Shown: one piece after another, positions 1 through 9,624 of the stretch | How positions within the stretch are numbered: position 1 is the first letter of the stretch | How the letters are laid out: each line of letters starts with the position of its first letter | IMG/VR virus record: IMGVR_UViG_3300042297_000090 | Coordinates: 1 to 35,506 of that record | DNA length: 35,506 bases | Direction: 5' to 3' (one strand) | From: a virus | Lineage: Duplodnaviria; Caudoviricetes | Made by a program: the position numbers and the translations under genes | Notes under the pieces: generated by a model | What the model was told of the DNA's origin: nothing | What the model saw: only the letters and a program-made list of their open reading frames with translations | Databases searched by the model: none

Positions 1-215
1 CCAAGTCCGAGGGGAAGTTAGTTGTTACAGTAAGCTGTCCGCTGCTGGAACCTAAAGACGGCATAAACACACTCGTCCCCAGCGTCGGGGTACGCATCGG
101 GCCGCGACGGATGGCGACGTAGATGTAGGTTTGCGATGCTTGCAAATCACCTTGGGCGACAAATCCAGTTGCTGTTGGATTGGCGGTATCACTAAAAAAT
201 TCTTGGCTGCTGAGG
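1..215. repeat. Terminal direct repeat, left copy (assembly circularisation overlap with 35292-35506)
   Basis: 1-215 aligns without gaps to 35292-35506; mismatches only at 74 (C vs T at 35365) and 92-94 (ACG vs CTT at 35383-35385). Confidence 0.95.
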
Positions 216-1759
216 TTTGGGAACAGTCGCGCATCACTTGATGCCCCAGCATTTGCAAACCCCCGCATATTGTCAACAATGCGCCAGTTGTCATTTGTAT
301 CTGATGCCTTAAATAAAACCCACTGCGGCTCCCAGCCCAGTGTCACCGTGGCACCGCCGCTCCCGCCATTCGCAAACGACCCACACTGAATGATCCCGTC
401 AGCAGAAGGATCGTGAGCAAAAAGATAAGCGACATAGGTGACGCCAGATGCGTTGACGTTAGATACTCCTGCGCCACCTGCTCCGATATTAAAAGTTGTG
501 CTGCTTGAGGAGGCGCAAAGCGCATAGCCGTTGTAGCCAAGATTTCCTTCCCCAAGAAAAACAGTTGAGGCTTCCGCACTATTTAGAAATGATGTTCCAT
601 ATCCAACATACGGCGCAGGCCCTAACATTCTGTGGTTAAAGACCCAATCTCCGCTTTGGCTGACCGATTTTACAATTATTGCACCGGGCTGAATGCCAAG
701 ATTATGGGGAATGTTTCTATCACCAGCACCATTCCCCGTATACGTCACCACATCAAAGAACTTAGGCGCTTCGCGGAATGTCCATGAGGCGTAGGTGACG
801 CCAGACTGGTTTGTTCCACTCGCGCCACCGTTTAATGAAAACCCGTTTCCGTTAAAAGAAGACAAAGTCGAAGTCGCAGAGATTTGACCGTTAGTAGCGT
901 TCGTCATTAGGCGAATGTTTGCGCCTCTATTTGTGTCGAACAAATAATGGTCAAACGCCGTAGAGCGAGTTTTAACCCAAACCAACCCGCCCTTACCTTT
1001 TGTGGCATCTGGAAACGGGCCGCCAAGAGTTGACGTTGGGATTGTCCCAACTTGCGTGAGGGTAAACGCATTTGTCGAATTATCTGCGGTAAGGTTGGGA
1101 GCCTGACAGGTAAGTAGCGACGTGCCAGACACAGCAGTGAGTGGCGTTGTGCTAGGCGTAAAGTTAGAGGTGTAAAGCGCTGTTCCCTTTACAATCCGAG
1201 CGTTTGAGATGCGGCCTATGAACTGTTGACCGGCCATATCGCCAGCGCCAGAACCAACAAACCCAAAAGTTGTTGTTTTGTCAGCGCTGTCAGTGCCAGT
1301 AGCAACTTGCACCCCGTTAAGAAAAATTCTAACGGTAGAACCAGATCGGCTACACGCAATGTGATACCAGTTGTCTACTGTGACTGTTCCACCTGAAATT
1401 GAGACGCCCGCATAGTAAAGAACAACGCCTGCGGATATACCAAAAAACGCTTGATTACTACCGCCACCGCCATCAACGCGCGTTGAGACGGCACCGGTTA
1501 TCCCACTCACGGAGGTGGGGTAAATCCACGCTTCCATCGTAAAGTTACCAGTGCCGAAGGCAAAAGCAGAAGAACTTGGTGATTTTAAGTAGTTTGTACC
1601 ATTAAGAGTAATATATCCACCTGACGATAATCCAGAGCCAAGCTCGATACCATTATCAATGGTCTGTGTGCTGCCGTTGCCCGTGTAAAGGTGGACGGAA
1701 AACAAATCCTCCACAAACATCCGGTCATCAGCCTGCTGCGGGAAAAGCCGTTCCAACAT
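1..1759 (-). CDS. Large fibre/receptor-binding protein, 5' part (continues across the contig junction into 35291-34480; 856 aa in total) with a LamG/ConA-like domain and YTGNG-type repeats
   Basis: Missing from the ORF track because it runs off the edge. ATG at 1759 overlaps the upstream TAA (TAATG). Read by hand: MLERLFPQQADDRMFVEDLFSVHLYTGNGSTQTI...FGTGNFTMEAWIYP...WYHIACSRSGSTVRIFLNG...GRISNARIVKGTALY...GGLVWVKTR...YIYVAIRRGPMRTP; open to base 1 and in frame with ORF 34480..35436. Confidence 0.85.
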   Translation of the reverse strand, partial: MLERLFPQQADDRMFVEDLFSVHLYTGNGSTQTIDNGIELGSGLSSGGYITLNGTNYLKSPSSSAFAFGTGNFTMEAWIYPTSVSGITGAVSTRVDGGGGSNQAFFGISAGVVLYYAGVSISGGTVTVDNWYHIACSRSGSTVRIFLNGVQVATGTDSADKTTTFGFVGSGAGDMAGQQFIGRISNARIVKGTALYTSNFTPSTTPLTAVSGTSLLTCQAPNLTADNSTNAFTLTQVGTIPTSTLGGPFPDATKGKGGLVWVKTRSTAFDHYLFDTNRGANIRLMTNATNGQISATSTLSSFNGNGFSLNGGASGTNQSGVTYASWTFREAPKFFDVVTYTGNGAGDRNIPHNLGIQPGAIIVKSVSQSGDWVFNHRMLGPAPYVGYGTSFLNSAEASTVFLGEGNLGYNGYALCASSSSTTFNIGAGGAGVSNVNASGVTYVAYLFAHDPSADGIIQCGSFANGGSGGATVTLGWEPQWVLFKASDTNDNWRIVDNMRGFANAGASSDARLFPNLSSQEFFSDTANPTATGFVAQGDLQASQTYIYVAIRRGPMRTPTLGTSVFMPSLGSSSGQLTVTTNFPSDL

Positions 1760-3573
1760 TATTTGCTGTCCCGGCTAATCAGCACGCCGCGCCAGTTAGA
1801 GCCGCCGTCGTCGGTCATAAAGCCCAGCAGATCAACGCCGCTGCTAGTCAGCGTCGGAGCCGTGCCACCAGCCCAGCGGGTGTTGGTGAACCACGTCTGC
1901 GTTCCGGTGCCGCCGTTCGTCAGTTCAAGGATAAAGCTGTAGGCGCGGCTGGCCGGGATATTGCTGAATGACCAGGATGCAGCGCCGCTTACCGTTCGGG
2001 TGAAGTAGTTGCCCGTTGCGCAGTCAATCGCTGTGCCAGCAAGTGCTACTACGTTGGATCGGAAAGAGCCGTTTACAAAAGGCAAGCCGGTTAGCTCAGG
2101 TGATGCAGACAGCACCACGTTGCCCGTGCCTGTGCTGGTTGTCACGCCCGTGCCGCCGTTGGCCACTGGCAATGTGCCGGTAACCGTTGCCGTTGAAAGA
2201 TCAACAGACAGCGTGCCGCCTAGCGTGAGGTTGCCCGATCCGGTGACGGTGCCGGTTAGCGTCAAACCGTTGACCGTGCCGGTGCCACCAACGCTAGTAA
2301 CGGTGCCGGTAAAAGCATCGTTAGAGGTGATCGTGAAGCTGGGATAGGTGCCGCTGATGCTAGTCGTGCCAGCGCCTGTCAGCGATACCGTTTGATCCGG
2401 TGCCGTGTTGGCGATCGTGATCGCGCCAGCAGCATTGGTGACGCTAATGCTGGTGCCAGCGGTTAGCGTGTTATTTTCCCACCGGGCTTGCGCAGCGTCA
2501 TAAATCAACACTTGCCCGCTAGCCAAGCCGGTGATCTGCACATCGTGCAATTCGCTTAAGCTTTCGCCAGTCTTGGCGCGCACAAACACGCTGCCACTGC
2601 TGGCGTTAACTGTTGTGACAACCGCAACGGGTGAATGCCAAGCCGGCGCAACTGGCTGCACCTTAGTCAGTTCACCAGGATATGCTGCATCAAAATACAG
2701 GAAGTCGCCAACGGCCCACGTTTCCGGCACAGTTTTGTTTGCGCCGGTTGTGTCAAACCCACGCACCGTGCCAAACTCAACAACGTAACCAAAGTCACCA
2801 CTGGCCACCGTTTGCGCGGCAATGCCCATAATATATTCATGGCTAACCGTGCCGTTAGAAACAGCGTTGGTATATTCCAGCTTGCTTGATCCGCCAACAA
2901 CGCCAGCAAACATGACGCCACGGCCCTTGGCCAAGCTGCCGCCGCTGTCATTCTTGGCGTGAAAAATAACATCTTGGCCGACGTGCAACGGAAACGCGCC
3001 GGTCAAACCCGCGTGAAACGTCTCAGTATCAGCATCCCAAGCAATGCGCCCTGTCGTCACCGCTGCCGCTGCGGCAATATCAAACGTCACAAAGTCCGCC
3101 GTGGCAATGCCGCCCGTTAGGCCGGTCATTGACGTAATGTCGGCATTTGCCCCCGATGCCGCCGCGCTCAGATTGGCGCGCGCCCCAGCGGCATCCGTGG
3201 CCCCCGTGCCGCCGTCTGCCACTCCCAGCGTGCCGATCAAATCGGCGCTGCTCAAATCAATCACATCACGCGGATTGATAGCAAAAACCCGCTTTGCGCC
3301 TGCGGCAAAATCAATGCGGCTTCCGGTGCTGCTGTCCCGCAGCGTGCCACGGGACAGCGTATCCGGTGCCGTAAACGTGGTGTCGCAAATCTCAAAAGCC
3401 CCGGTTGGCCGGCCCGCACTGTCAATTGCCTCAATGACGATTGTTGCAGTGTCAGCGTTTGCCAACTCAGCCGTAAATGCCAGATAACCAGCCACCGCGC
3501 CGGCTACGGTGATGTTCCCCGTGCCGGTCGTGGTGGAAGTTTCAGCTACACGGTAGGGCCGAAGATATGCCAT
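1759..3573 (-). CDS. Gly/Thr-rich fibre shaft/structural protein (604 aa)
   Basis: N-terminal RVAETSTTTGTG...TLSRG...FAAGAKRVF block, two GTL(G/P)VA(D/N)GGTG fibre motifs, GTVTSV low-complexity shaft, C-terminal IDCATGNYFTRT...WAGGTAPTLT...DGGSNWRG domain typical of phage fibres. Confidence 0.75.
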   Translation of the reverse strand: MAYLRPYRVAETSTTTGTGNITVAGAVAGYLAFTAELANADTATIVIEAIDSAGRPTGAFEICDTTFTAPDTLSRGTLRDSSTGSRIDFAAGAKRVFAINPRDVIDLSSADLIGTLGVADGGTGATDAAGARANLSAAASGANADITSMTGLTGGIATADFVTFDIAAAAAVTTGRIAWDADTETFHAGLTGAFPLHVGQDVIFHAKNDSGGSLAKGRGVMFAGVVGGSSKLEYTNAVSNGTVSHEYIMGIAAQTVASGDFGYVVEFGTVRGFDTTGANKTVPETWAVGDFLYFDAAYPGELTKVQPVAPAWHSPVAVVTTVNASSGSVFVRAKTGESLSELHDVQITGLASGQVLIYDAAQARWENNTLTAGTSISVTNAAGAITIANTAPDQTVSLTGAGTTSISGTYPSFTITSNDAFTGTVTSVGGTGTVNGLTLTGTVTGSGNLTLGGTLSVDLSTATVTGTLPVANGGTGVTTSTGTGNVVLSASPELTGLPFVNGSFRSNVVALAGTAIDCATGNYFTRTVSGAASWSFSNIPASRAYSFILELTNGGTGTQTWFTNTRWAGGTAPTLTSSGVDLLGFMTDDGGSNWRGVLISRDSK

Positions 3574-3576
3574 TTT

Positions 3577-3939
3577 TTACACCAGTGCAGTTGCTGTGAC
3601 CGTAAAGTTGGCAACAGTGATCGACGAACCACTGTTCGCCGTCTGCGCCGTGCCTGTGGTAACATACAGCAATGAGGAGCTAGTTGCTAGGGCAACGTGA
3701 TCAACGGTGCCAGTGCTGTTGGCCACCACGTTTTTGCCGGTCACAGTCAGCACGCGGTTGCCGGTGCTGGTGGTCTTGGCATAATCACCGCCAGCCATGA
3801 CAATGGCAGACGCATGACGAGCCTTGGCAATGGCATCAGCACGATCGGTCGGCTGACCGTTGCAGATATACATTTCCGTAGCTGTAGCGATAACATCAAG
3901 CGGCGCATCCTGCACAGCTTGGCTTGCGAATTTAGCCAT
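3577..3939 (-). CDS. Small beta-rich virion structural protein (120 aa), probable fibre subunit
   Basis: Tightly coupled in the late operon; Ala/Thr/Val-rich sequence that looks beta-rich (TGTVDHVAL...LLYVT). Confidence 0.6.
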   Translation of the reverse strand: MAKFASQAVQDAPLDVIATATEMYICNGQPTDRADAIAKARHASAIVMAGGDYAKTTSTGNRVLTVTGKNVVANSTGTVDHVALATSSSLLYVTTGTAQTANSGSSITVANFTVTATALV

Positions 3940-4669
3940 ATTTCAATTCCTTTTCCACCGGATCGGCTGGGCCGTCCAACTCTAGCACCTGGGACAAATC
4001 ACCTTTCCAAGCCCAACCGCCCCAGTGGTTAAGCTTAAGATTTGCGGCCATCCAAATACTGCCGCCTAATGCGCGCCAGCGTTCGCAAAAATTATAATCT
4101 TCGCTGAACTCTTGCCGGCCATACTTTGTATCACGAATTTCGAATTGAAAGAACGCATAGTTATCTTGAAACTGCCCGTCCTTGTTGTGAGCCAGATAAT
4201 GAATTTCCGGCATGGCATCACGCATTTGCTCAAACACGCGGCGGCGCAACAGCATAAAGCCGGTGCCTCCCCGCAAAACCTCTAGTGCGCCGGTCGTTTC
4301 ACAAACAGCCACTTTTTCGTTGTCATGTGGGACAAACTCAAAGTTATATTCATGCCGCTCATTCTTTTTGCGATATGGCCCAACGGCCACATCCTTGTGC
4401 AAATTAAGCAGCGCAATAATGTCCTTAACATCAAACTCAATGTCAGCATCAACAAACATCAAATGCGTGTAATCGTCGTTTTCCAAAAGCGCCTTAGCAG
4501 CCTGATTGCGCCCGCGATGCACTGCGCTATCTTTAAACAGTGCGGCTCCAAACGGGATATCCAACGCCGCAAGATTGGCCAAAGCCATTGCGTAGGATTG
4601 CGTAAACGCTGGCGTCACAGTGTCATGAACGTGACAAGCTACTAGCAACTTAATAGGAGTTTCAGACAC
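3932..4669 (-). CDS. GT-A fold (GT2/Anp1-like) glycosyltransferase
   Basis: RGRN...YTHLMFVDADI (DxD motif), GTGFMLLRR, SEDYNFCERW, L.HWG. Probable GTG start at 4669 after an AGGAG RBS. Confidence 0.8.
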   Translation of the reverse strand: MSETPIKLLVACHVHDTVTPAFTQSYAMALANLAALDIPFGAALFKDSAVHRGRNQAAKALLENDDYTHLMFVDADIEFDVKDIIALLNLHKDVAVGPYRKKNERHEYNFEFVPHDNEKVAVCETTGALEVLRGGTGFMLLRRRVFEQMRDAMPEIHYLAHNKDGQFQDNYAFFQFEIRDTKYGRQEFSEDYNFCERWRALGGSIWMAANLKLNHWGGWAWKGDLSQVLELDGPADPVEKELKYG

Positions 4670-4685
4670 GCATTCTCCTTTCGTT

Positions 4686-4722
4686 AAAAAAGTGGGGCAG
4701 ACCACTTCCAAGCCTGCCCCAC
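4686..4722 (-). terminator. Rho-independent terminator after the major capsid gene
   Basis: 9-bp stem GTGGGGCAG (4692-4700)/CTGCCCCAC (4714-4722), followed by T6 on the minus strand (A6 at 4686-4691). Confidence 0.75.
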
Positions 4723-4732
4723 CAATTCCGCA

Positions 4733-5953
4733 TTAGGTGCGGGTGCCGATCAGCTTGATCGCTTCGCTGTCGATCACCGTGCCGCCAACGCGCTTCAGAG
4801 CATAGAACTGCACGAAGGGCTTGTTGGTATACGGATCACGCAGCAGCGTGGTGTTGACACGATCAACGATCGTGTAACCGCGCTGGAAGTTGCCGAACGC
4901 CACCGGAAGGGTGTTGGTAGCCACATCCGGCATGTCAGGCATTTCGACCACAGCATAGCCAAGGATGGTGGCCGGCTGGCTATCCATCATGCCCGGACGC
5001 CAGATATAAGCGCCGTCATTATCCTTGAACTTGCGCACGGCAGCTTGGGTCAGGCTGTTCATGCCCCAAACCGCGCCCGCGCGCAGTTCAGACTTCATGG
5101 CCATGATCGTGTCAATGAACGTGTCAGCCGGATTGGCCGTGCTGGTGGTGGCAATGAAGCCGCCAGCAACGCCGGTTTTGATCATCTGAAGTTCACCGAA
5201 CAGGCGGGTTGCATCACCGCTGGTCGCAACCGTAGCGGACAGGAAGCCGCGCGGCTGGTTGGTGCCGTTGCCGCTGATGAAAGCAGAGCCTTCAGCCTTG
5301 GCAAATTCAGCAGCAATTTCAGAAGCAATCCACGCTTCGACGTTGAAGAAAGCATCGTCAAGCATACGCTGGGTTGCGGCGATGTTGGCGTAGATTTCAC
5401 CAACCGGCGGCGCAATTTCGCGCAGTTCCGGTGCAGTCGTCGTCGGACGCGAAGCGGTTTCACCCACCCAGCCCGAAGCGGTGCCACGGACGTTGACCAG
5501 CTTCTTGTAGTCAGGCGTCGAAACAGTCACGATGTTCGCCACCGAACGGAAAGGGCTGATTTGCTTGATCAGATCAAGAATCGCACGATCCAGTTCTTCC
5601 GGGACGGCCACGCCGCCTTCGTTGGCAGTGACAGTGTTCAGGGTTGCGCCCTTACGCTGCACTTCTTCCTCGTAACGCTCACCCTTGCGCGTCCAGTTAA
5701 GGAAGGCGGTCTTGTATTCCGACTGCGCTTCAGCAGCGGCGTCAACCACCTTGCCCGCCAGCAGTTCGCGCTTGGCCGACTTCACTTCTTCCTGCATGTC
5801 CGAAATGGCCGCGTTGATGCGGTCAACTTCTTCCTTGCGAACAACATCAGCGGTTGCGCCCTTGATTTCGGCGGCAATTACGGAGTCGTTCTTGCTCTTG
5901 AATTCTTCAAAGGCACGAGCGATGCCTTCAAGCTTTTCATTAATATCAGCCAT
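4733..5953 (-). CDS. Major capsid protein, HK97 family
   Basis: Coiled-coil delta domain, then EGGVAVPEEL, GWVGET, EIYANIAATQRMLDD, AFGNFQRGYTIVDR, RDPYTNKPFVQFYALKRVGG. Confidence 0.95.
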   Translation of the reverse strand: MADINEKLEGIARAFEEFKSKNDSVIAAEIKGATADVVRKEEVDRINAAISDMQEEVKSAKRELLAGKVVDAAAEAQSEYKTAFLNWTRKGERYEEEVQRKGATLNTVTANEGGVAVPEELDRAILDLIKQISPFRSVANIVTVSTPDYKKLVNVRGTASGWVGETASRPTTTAPELREIAPPVGEIYANIAATQRMLDDAFFNVEAWIASEIAAEFAKAEGSAFISGNGTNQPRGFLSATVATSGDATRLFGELQMIKTGVAGGFIATTSTANPADTFIDTIMAMKSELRAGAVWGMNSLTQAAVRKFKDNDGAYIWRPGMMDSQPATILGYAVVEMPDMPDVATNTLPVAFGNFQRGYTIVDRVNTTLLRDPYTNKPFVQFYALKRVGGTVIDSEAIKLIGTRT

Positions 5954-6743
5954 TTGAGTTTCCTTTCAGCATGGCAATGAGACGATCGGCAGCCTGGGCT
6001 GCCTGCTTCGCCGCTTCCGCCTCAGCATCCCGCCGATTGGATTTGGCTTCATAACGACTCGCAATGCGAGCCGACTCAGACTTAGAATATCCGGCATCCC
6101 GCAAGACATGCTCCAAGTCACGAATGGTATTAATATCATCAGCAGATTTGACTGACAACACGCGCGCCTTGTCATTGGCCGGAAAGCCAACAACAGACAC
6201 TTCCAACAGATCAACGCTTTTTAGCGTGCGGCGCGGCTCATCTGGTCGGCTGCGCAACGCATATTCCACCGGACGGAAGCCGATCGAAAGCCCCGTGATT
6301 GCGCCAGCCTTAAGCGCCTTGTAAGTGTCCATGCCTTGCGTGGTGTCCAGCAAGAAACCTTTGACGCGCAAGCCAGTGCTATCTTCGCTCATTTCCGTCC
6401 ACTTGCCCACCGGCAACGCTTCCGGGTTGTGCGCCAGCAACATGGCCGGCATTTGCTTCAGGCCGGCACGCATATCAGCCAGCGACTTTGCAAACGCGCC
6501 TGGCGCGATAACATCGCCGTAGCTGTCAATGTTGCCAAACACTGCGCCATAGCCGACAATCTCGCGCGTGGCCTCATTGCCCGCCTCAAACTTAAATTCC
6601 GCGTGCAGTGCTGCATTGCGGCGCTCTTCAATAAGCTCCCCAATGATCTGGCCCTTGCCTTGCAAGGCTTCCTCGGCAGCATCCCAGCTTTCAGCTTCAA
6701 TTTGGGTTAGGTCTGAATTGTCTTGCACAAGATAAATGGTCAT
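5946..6743 (-). CDS. HK97-family prohead protease (peptidase S78)
   Basis: GYGAVFGNIDSYGDVIAPGAF, MLLAH, GLSIGF, LLEVSVVGFPAN; lies between portal and MCP. Confidence 0.92.
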   Translation of the reverse strand: MTIYLVQDNSDLTQIEAESWDAAEEALQGKGQIIGELIEERRNAALHAEFKFEAGNEATREIVGYGAVFGNIDSYGDVIAPGAFAKSLADMRAGLKQMPAMLLAHNPEALPVGKWTEMSEDSTGLRVKGFLLDTTQGMDTYKALKAGAITGLSIGFRPVEYALRSRPDEPRRTLKSVDLLEVSVVGFPANDKARVLSVKSADDINTIRDLEHVLRDAGYSKSESARIASRYEAKSNRRDAEAEAAKQAAQAADRLIAMLKGNSNG

Positions 6744-8017
6744 TGGTTTCCACTCCCGCCAGTGTCACGCGGGCCAAACAAATTGGCCGCTGGCGTAAAC
6801 TCATTAAGAACCGCGTCAGGCAAACGCGGCAAATCCATCGCTTCGCGCATGTCGTTTCCAGTAATCGCGCCGTTTTGCCTAAGCACAGCAAGCATTTGCG
6901 CACGCTCTAGTGCGGTGCCGCGTGTCAAGCCATGCTCAACCAATTCAATTTCATATTCTTCACGCTCTTGATCATTAAGCAAAGCGCATTCTGCTGACTG
7001 TTCAAACCGCTCAAATTGCGGGCCAAGCGTATGCGTGCGATGCGCCAGAAACATCTGTTCCACGCTGCCATAGCTAGCAGTGCCATCCTGATGCCCGACC
7101 ATGATCGGCATAACGCGGAAAAACCGGCAAATCTCAGGAATCAAAAACTTGCGGGTTTCAATATATTGCGCCTCATCAGCTTTGATTTCATGCGGCTTAA
7201 ACGCAACACCACCAGCCAACAATGCCGTTTGCAGGCGGTTGCCAGCGCCTTGATGCACGCCGTTCCAAGTCTTGCGGATTGCGTCTAGCGTTTCAGGTGA
7301 CGGGGTGCCTTCCACTTCAAGGTGGCCAGACAACCGCACGCCATTAGCAAACATTTCGCTGCCAAAGCTTTCAGTTGCCATCGCCAAGCCGATCGCATCC
7401 CGCGACAGCCGCAAAACATCCATACCGCCATAACCGTTCCACGACGGCCCACGAATGTGCCACATCATGGCTTCTGGAATTTCAACTTCTTCAGTCTTTT
7501 CACCGCGCACCCAGTAGCGCATTGACCGATCGCGCAATTGTTCAAAGCGAACAAAGCCCGGCTCAAACGGCAGCAGTTCATTGATCCGCCCACGCGCATC
7601 GCGCATCACAACGATGAACGCATTGCCGGTTAGCAGCCAATGACTGGTGATCTGTTCCCGAAACTCAAACGCGGTTTGGTGCGCATTGGGCTTGCGATAC
7701 AACAAAGGCCACAGCGGATGGTTGCGCGCCTCTTCGCGGCCACCGTCTGGCGTCACGCGATAAATCTTGCACGGCACTTGCGCCAGGCCATCGGCAATAA
7801 CGCGAATGCACGCAAACACGGTAGAAACGCCAAGCGCCGTGCGCAGCGTTACATCAACGCCAGCCTTTGATCGGCCCGCCGTGATGCCCATAAGATAATT
7901 ATAATATTCTGGCGAACCGACAACCGGCAAAGAGCCAACGCCAGATTTGGCTTCCAGTTCAGCAGCCGGCAATGTCTCAGGCCAGACAAACTCACGAAGA
8001 TAAGAAAGCGCACCCAT
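6740..8017 (-). CDS. Portal protein, HK97 family
   Basis: VFACIRVIADGLAQVP, HPL..LL..KPN..QTAFEF, LLTGNAF, EICRFFRV, SVEQ, NDMREAMDLP. Confidence 0.95.
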   Translation of the reverse strand: MGALSYLREFVWPETLPAAELEAKSGVGSLPVVGSPEYYNYLMGITAGRSKAGVDVTLRTALGVSTVFACIRVIADGLAQVPCKIYRVTPDGGREEARNHPLWPLLYRKPNAHQTAFEFREQITSHWLLTGNAFIVVMRDARGRINELLPFEPGFVRFEQLRDRSMRYWVRGEKTEEVEIPEAMMWHIRGPSWNGYGGMDVLRLSRDAIGLAMATESFGSEMFANGVRLSGHLEVEGTPSPETLDAIRKTWNGVHQGAGNRLQTALLAGGVAFKPHEIKADEAQYIETRKFLIPEICRFFRVMPIMVGHQDGTASYGSVEQMFLAHRTHTLGPQFERFEQSAECALLNDQEREEYEIELVEHGLTRGTALERAQMLAVLRQNGAITGNDMREAMDLPRLPDAVLNEFTPAANLFGPRDTGGSGNQ

Positions 8018-9624
8018 TACAGCACATACACCATTGGAGCAGCGGTTTCAGCTTCAGTGTTCCGCATTGCCGCAACCCCCATCGCCATCGCCAAAGCTAC
8101 CATGCCATCAATGCGGCCAGTGCTGCGCGATTTGTCCAGCTTCCTATTGCCAGCCGGGTCGCGGATCGCCACCGCATTGCCGGCGCACATACTCAATACA
8201 GGATTTGCCCCGTGATTAATAGCCTCTTGCAACAACGCCTCTTCAAGCGCCGCAACAGCGGGCGACATGCTAGCATATCCCTGACCATATTCTTGCATCG
8301 GCAAAGATAAACCCAACCTGTCAAGTTCCAATAATAGCCCAGGCATACGCCATCGGTCAAATGCAATTGCTTTGATTGGCAAGCCCGTTGTTGACTCAGC
8401 TATTTTTGACGCCACCCAATCAAGCGCCACCACCTTGCCAGGCGTGCCAATGATATGGCCCTGCTTTTGCCAAATGTCATACGGCACGCGATCCGCCTTT
8501 GCCCGATCGGCAATAAGACCTTCAGCCATAAAGAAATAAGAGCGAACATTATAACGATTGTTATAACGCGCAACTAACACAAACGCGGTCAAGTCGGTGG
8601 TCTGCGACAGATCAAGCCCGCCGTAAACTTCGCCAAAACGAAACGCCTCATCATCTGGCTGTTCGCCGTTGGCCTGCCACACCGCGCGTGACACAAACGG
8701 GCTGAACGGATTGACGCGCTGGTTAAGGTGCAGCCAGCGAAATGTGTTTTCAGCTTCCGGCAACCGCGCCGCCTTAGCTGCGCCGTCAATCAGTTCCTGC
8801 CGTGACTTGAACAAGTCAAGCGCCGGATTGGCCGCCTGCCAAGCCGCCGTGTCATCAAGCTCACAATCTTCCGGTGCGCGATACACATGGCAAACCGTTG
8901 CCGGGTCTTTCGCCGTGTCAGCGTCATCAATAAGCCGGTTAAACAGATCACCGTCCGTGCGGGCTTGTGTGCTAATCCAAATCTCTAGCGGCTTTTCATA
9001 AGCGCCTTGGCTTGTCGTGATTGCTTCAAAGAACGCATTGTAAGGCCCGTCAACTTGCCCGGCCTCATCAAGAATAGCCACCAATGGGCTACCGCCGTGC
9101 GCAGTTTTACCTTCCGCCGCCAGCGCCCGATATTCAGTGTTCATTAGCAAGCCAATAAGTTTCTTGCTAGACGGCACAGCCCGCACCAGCCCATTCAGCG
9201 TTGGTGACATTAACGCCATCTTGCTGGCGTAGTTGTAGACTTCACCGGCTTGCTCACGACTTAACGCGCCAGAAACCAGCCTGCTGTTTTGGACAGATTC
9301 CGGCCCTACCAAAAACACCAGCAACAGAATTGCGATCGTTGCTGTTTTAGAGTTTTTGCGCGCAATTGACAGCACCGCCCGCCGCGTGTGAACGGCATTG
9401 TCTAGCACCGCATAAAAAAACTCTTCCTGAAATCGCGCAAGCCGAATGCGCTGCCCAACTAGCTTGCCTTCCGGCACAACTAAGTGGCGCTCCGCAAATC
9501 CCATTGCCTTTTCGGCACGGGTCATCTGGCCTTGTTCCAGCTTGCGCCAATCACGCACCACCGGCAGCGGGCCGGAAAGGATGGCCGGATTAGTTGACTG
9601 TCGGTCGCGCGATAAAATCATCAA
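8017..9624 (-). CDS. terL: Terminase large subunit
   Basis: Walker A-like IARKNSKT, Walker B AILDE, ISTQ coupling motif, nuclease GLDLSQTTDLTA, C-terminal RIDGMVALAMA. Exact start uncertain. Confidence 0.95.
   Translation of the reverse strand: MMILSRDRQSTNPAILSGPLPVVRDWRKLEQGQMTRAEKAMGFAERHLVVPEGKLVGQRIRLARFQEEFFYAVLDNAVHTRRAVLSIARKNSKTATIAILLLVFLVGPESVQNSRLVSGALSREQAGEVYNYASKMALMSPTLNGLVRAVPSSKKLIGLLMNTEYRALAAEGKTAHGGSPLVAILDEAGQVDGPYNAFFEAITTSQGAYEKPLEIWISTQARTDGDLFNRLIDDADTAKDPATVCHVYRAPEDCELDDTAAWQAANPALDLFKSRQELIDGAAKAARLPEAENTFRWLHLNQRVNPFSPFVSRAVWQANGEQPDDEAFRFGEVYGGLDLSQTTDLTAFVLVARYNNRYNVRSYFFMAEGLIADRAKADRVPYDIWQKQGHIIGTPGKVVALDWVASKIAESTTGLPIKAIAFDRWRMPGLLLELDRLGLSLPMQEYGQGYASMSPAVAALEEALLQEAINHGANPVLSMCAGNAVAIRDPAGNRKLDKSRSTGRIDGMVALAMAMGVAAMRNTEAETAAPMVYVL

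Noticed and set aside
1-215. Terminal repeat pair as a DGR template/variable repeat or as physical terminal repeats
   Set aside because: No reverse transcriptase is encoded, one of the four differences is not at an adenine, and the copies sit exactly at the contig ends in mid-gene. HNH-terS-terL points to cos packaging elsewhere. Assembly overlap is the simplest explanation.
5045-5980. 311-aa plus-strand ORF antisense to the MCP (similarly 11977..12786, 33402..33971, 29623..30210)
   Set aside because: Antisense shadows of genes with biased codon use; no recognisable motifs, unlike the same-strand nested ORF in the MTase.
9346-9366. Terminase Walker A reads RKNSKT rather than RKNGKT
   Set aside because: A single substitution with all other motifs intact; not evidence of inactivation.
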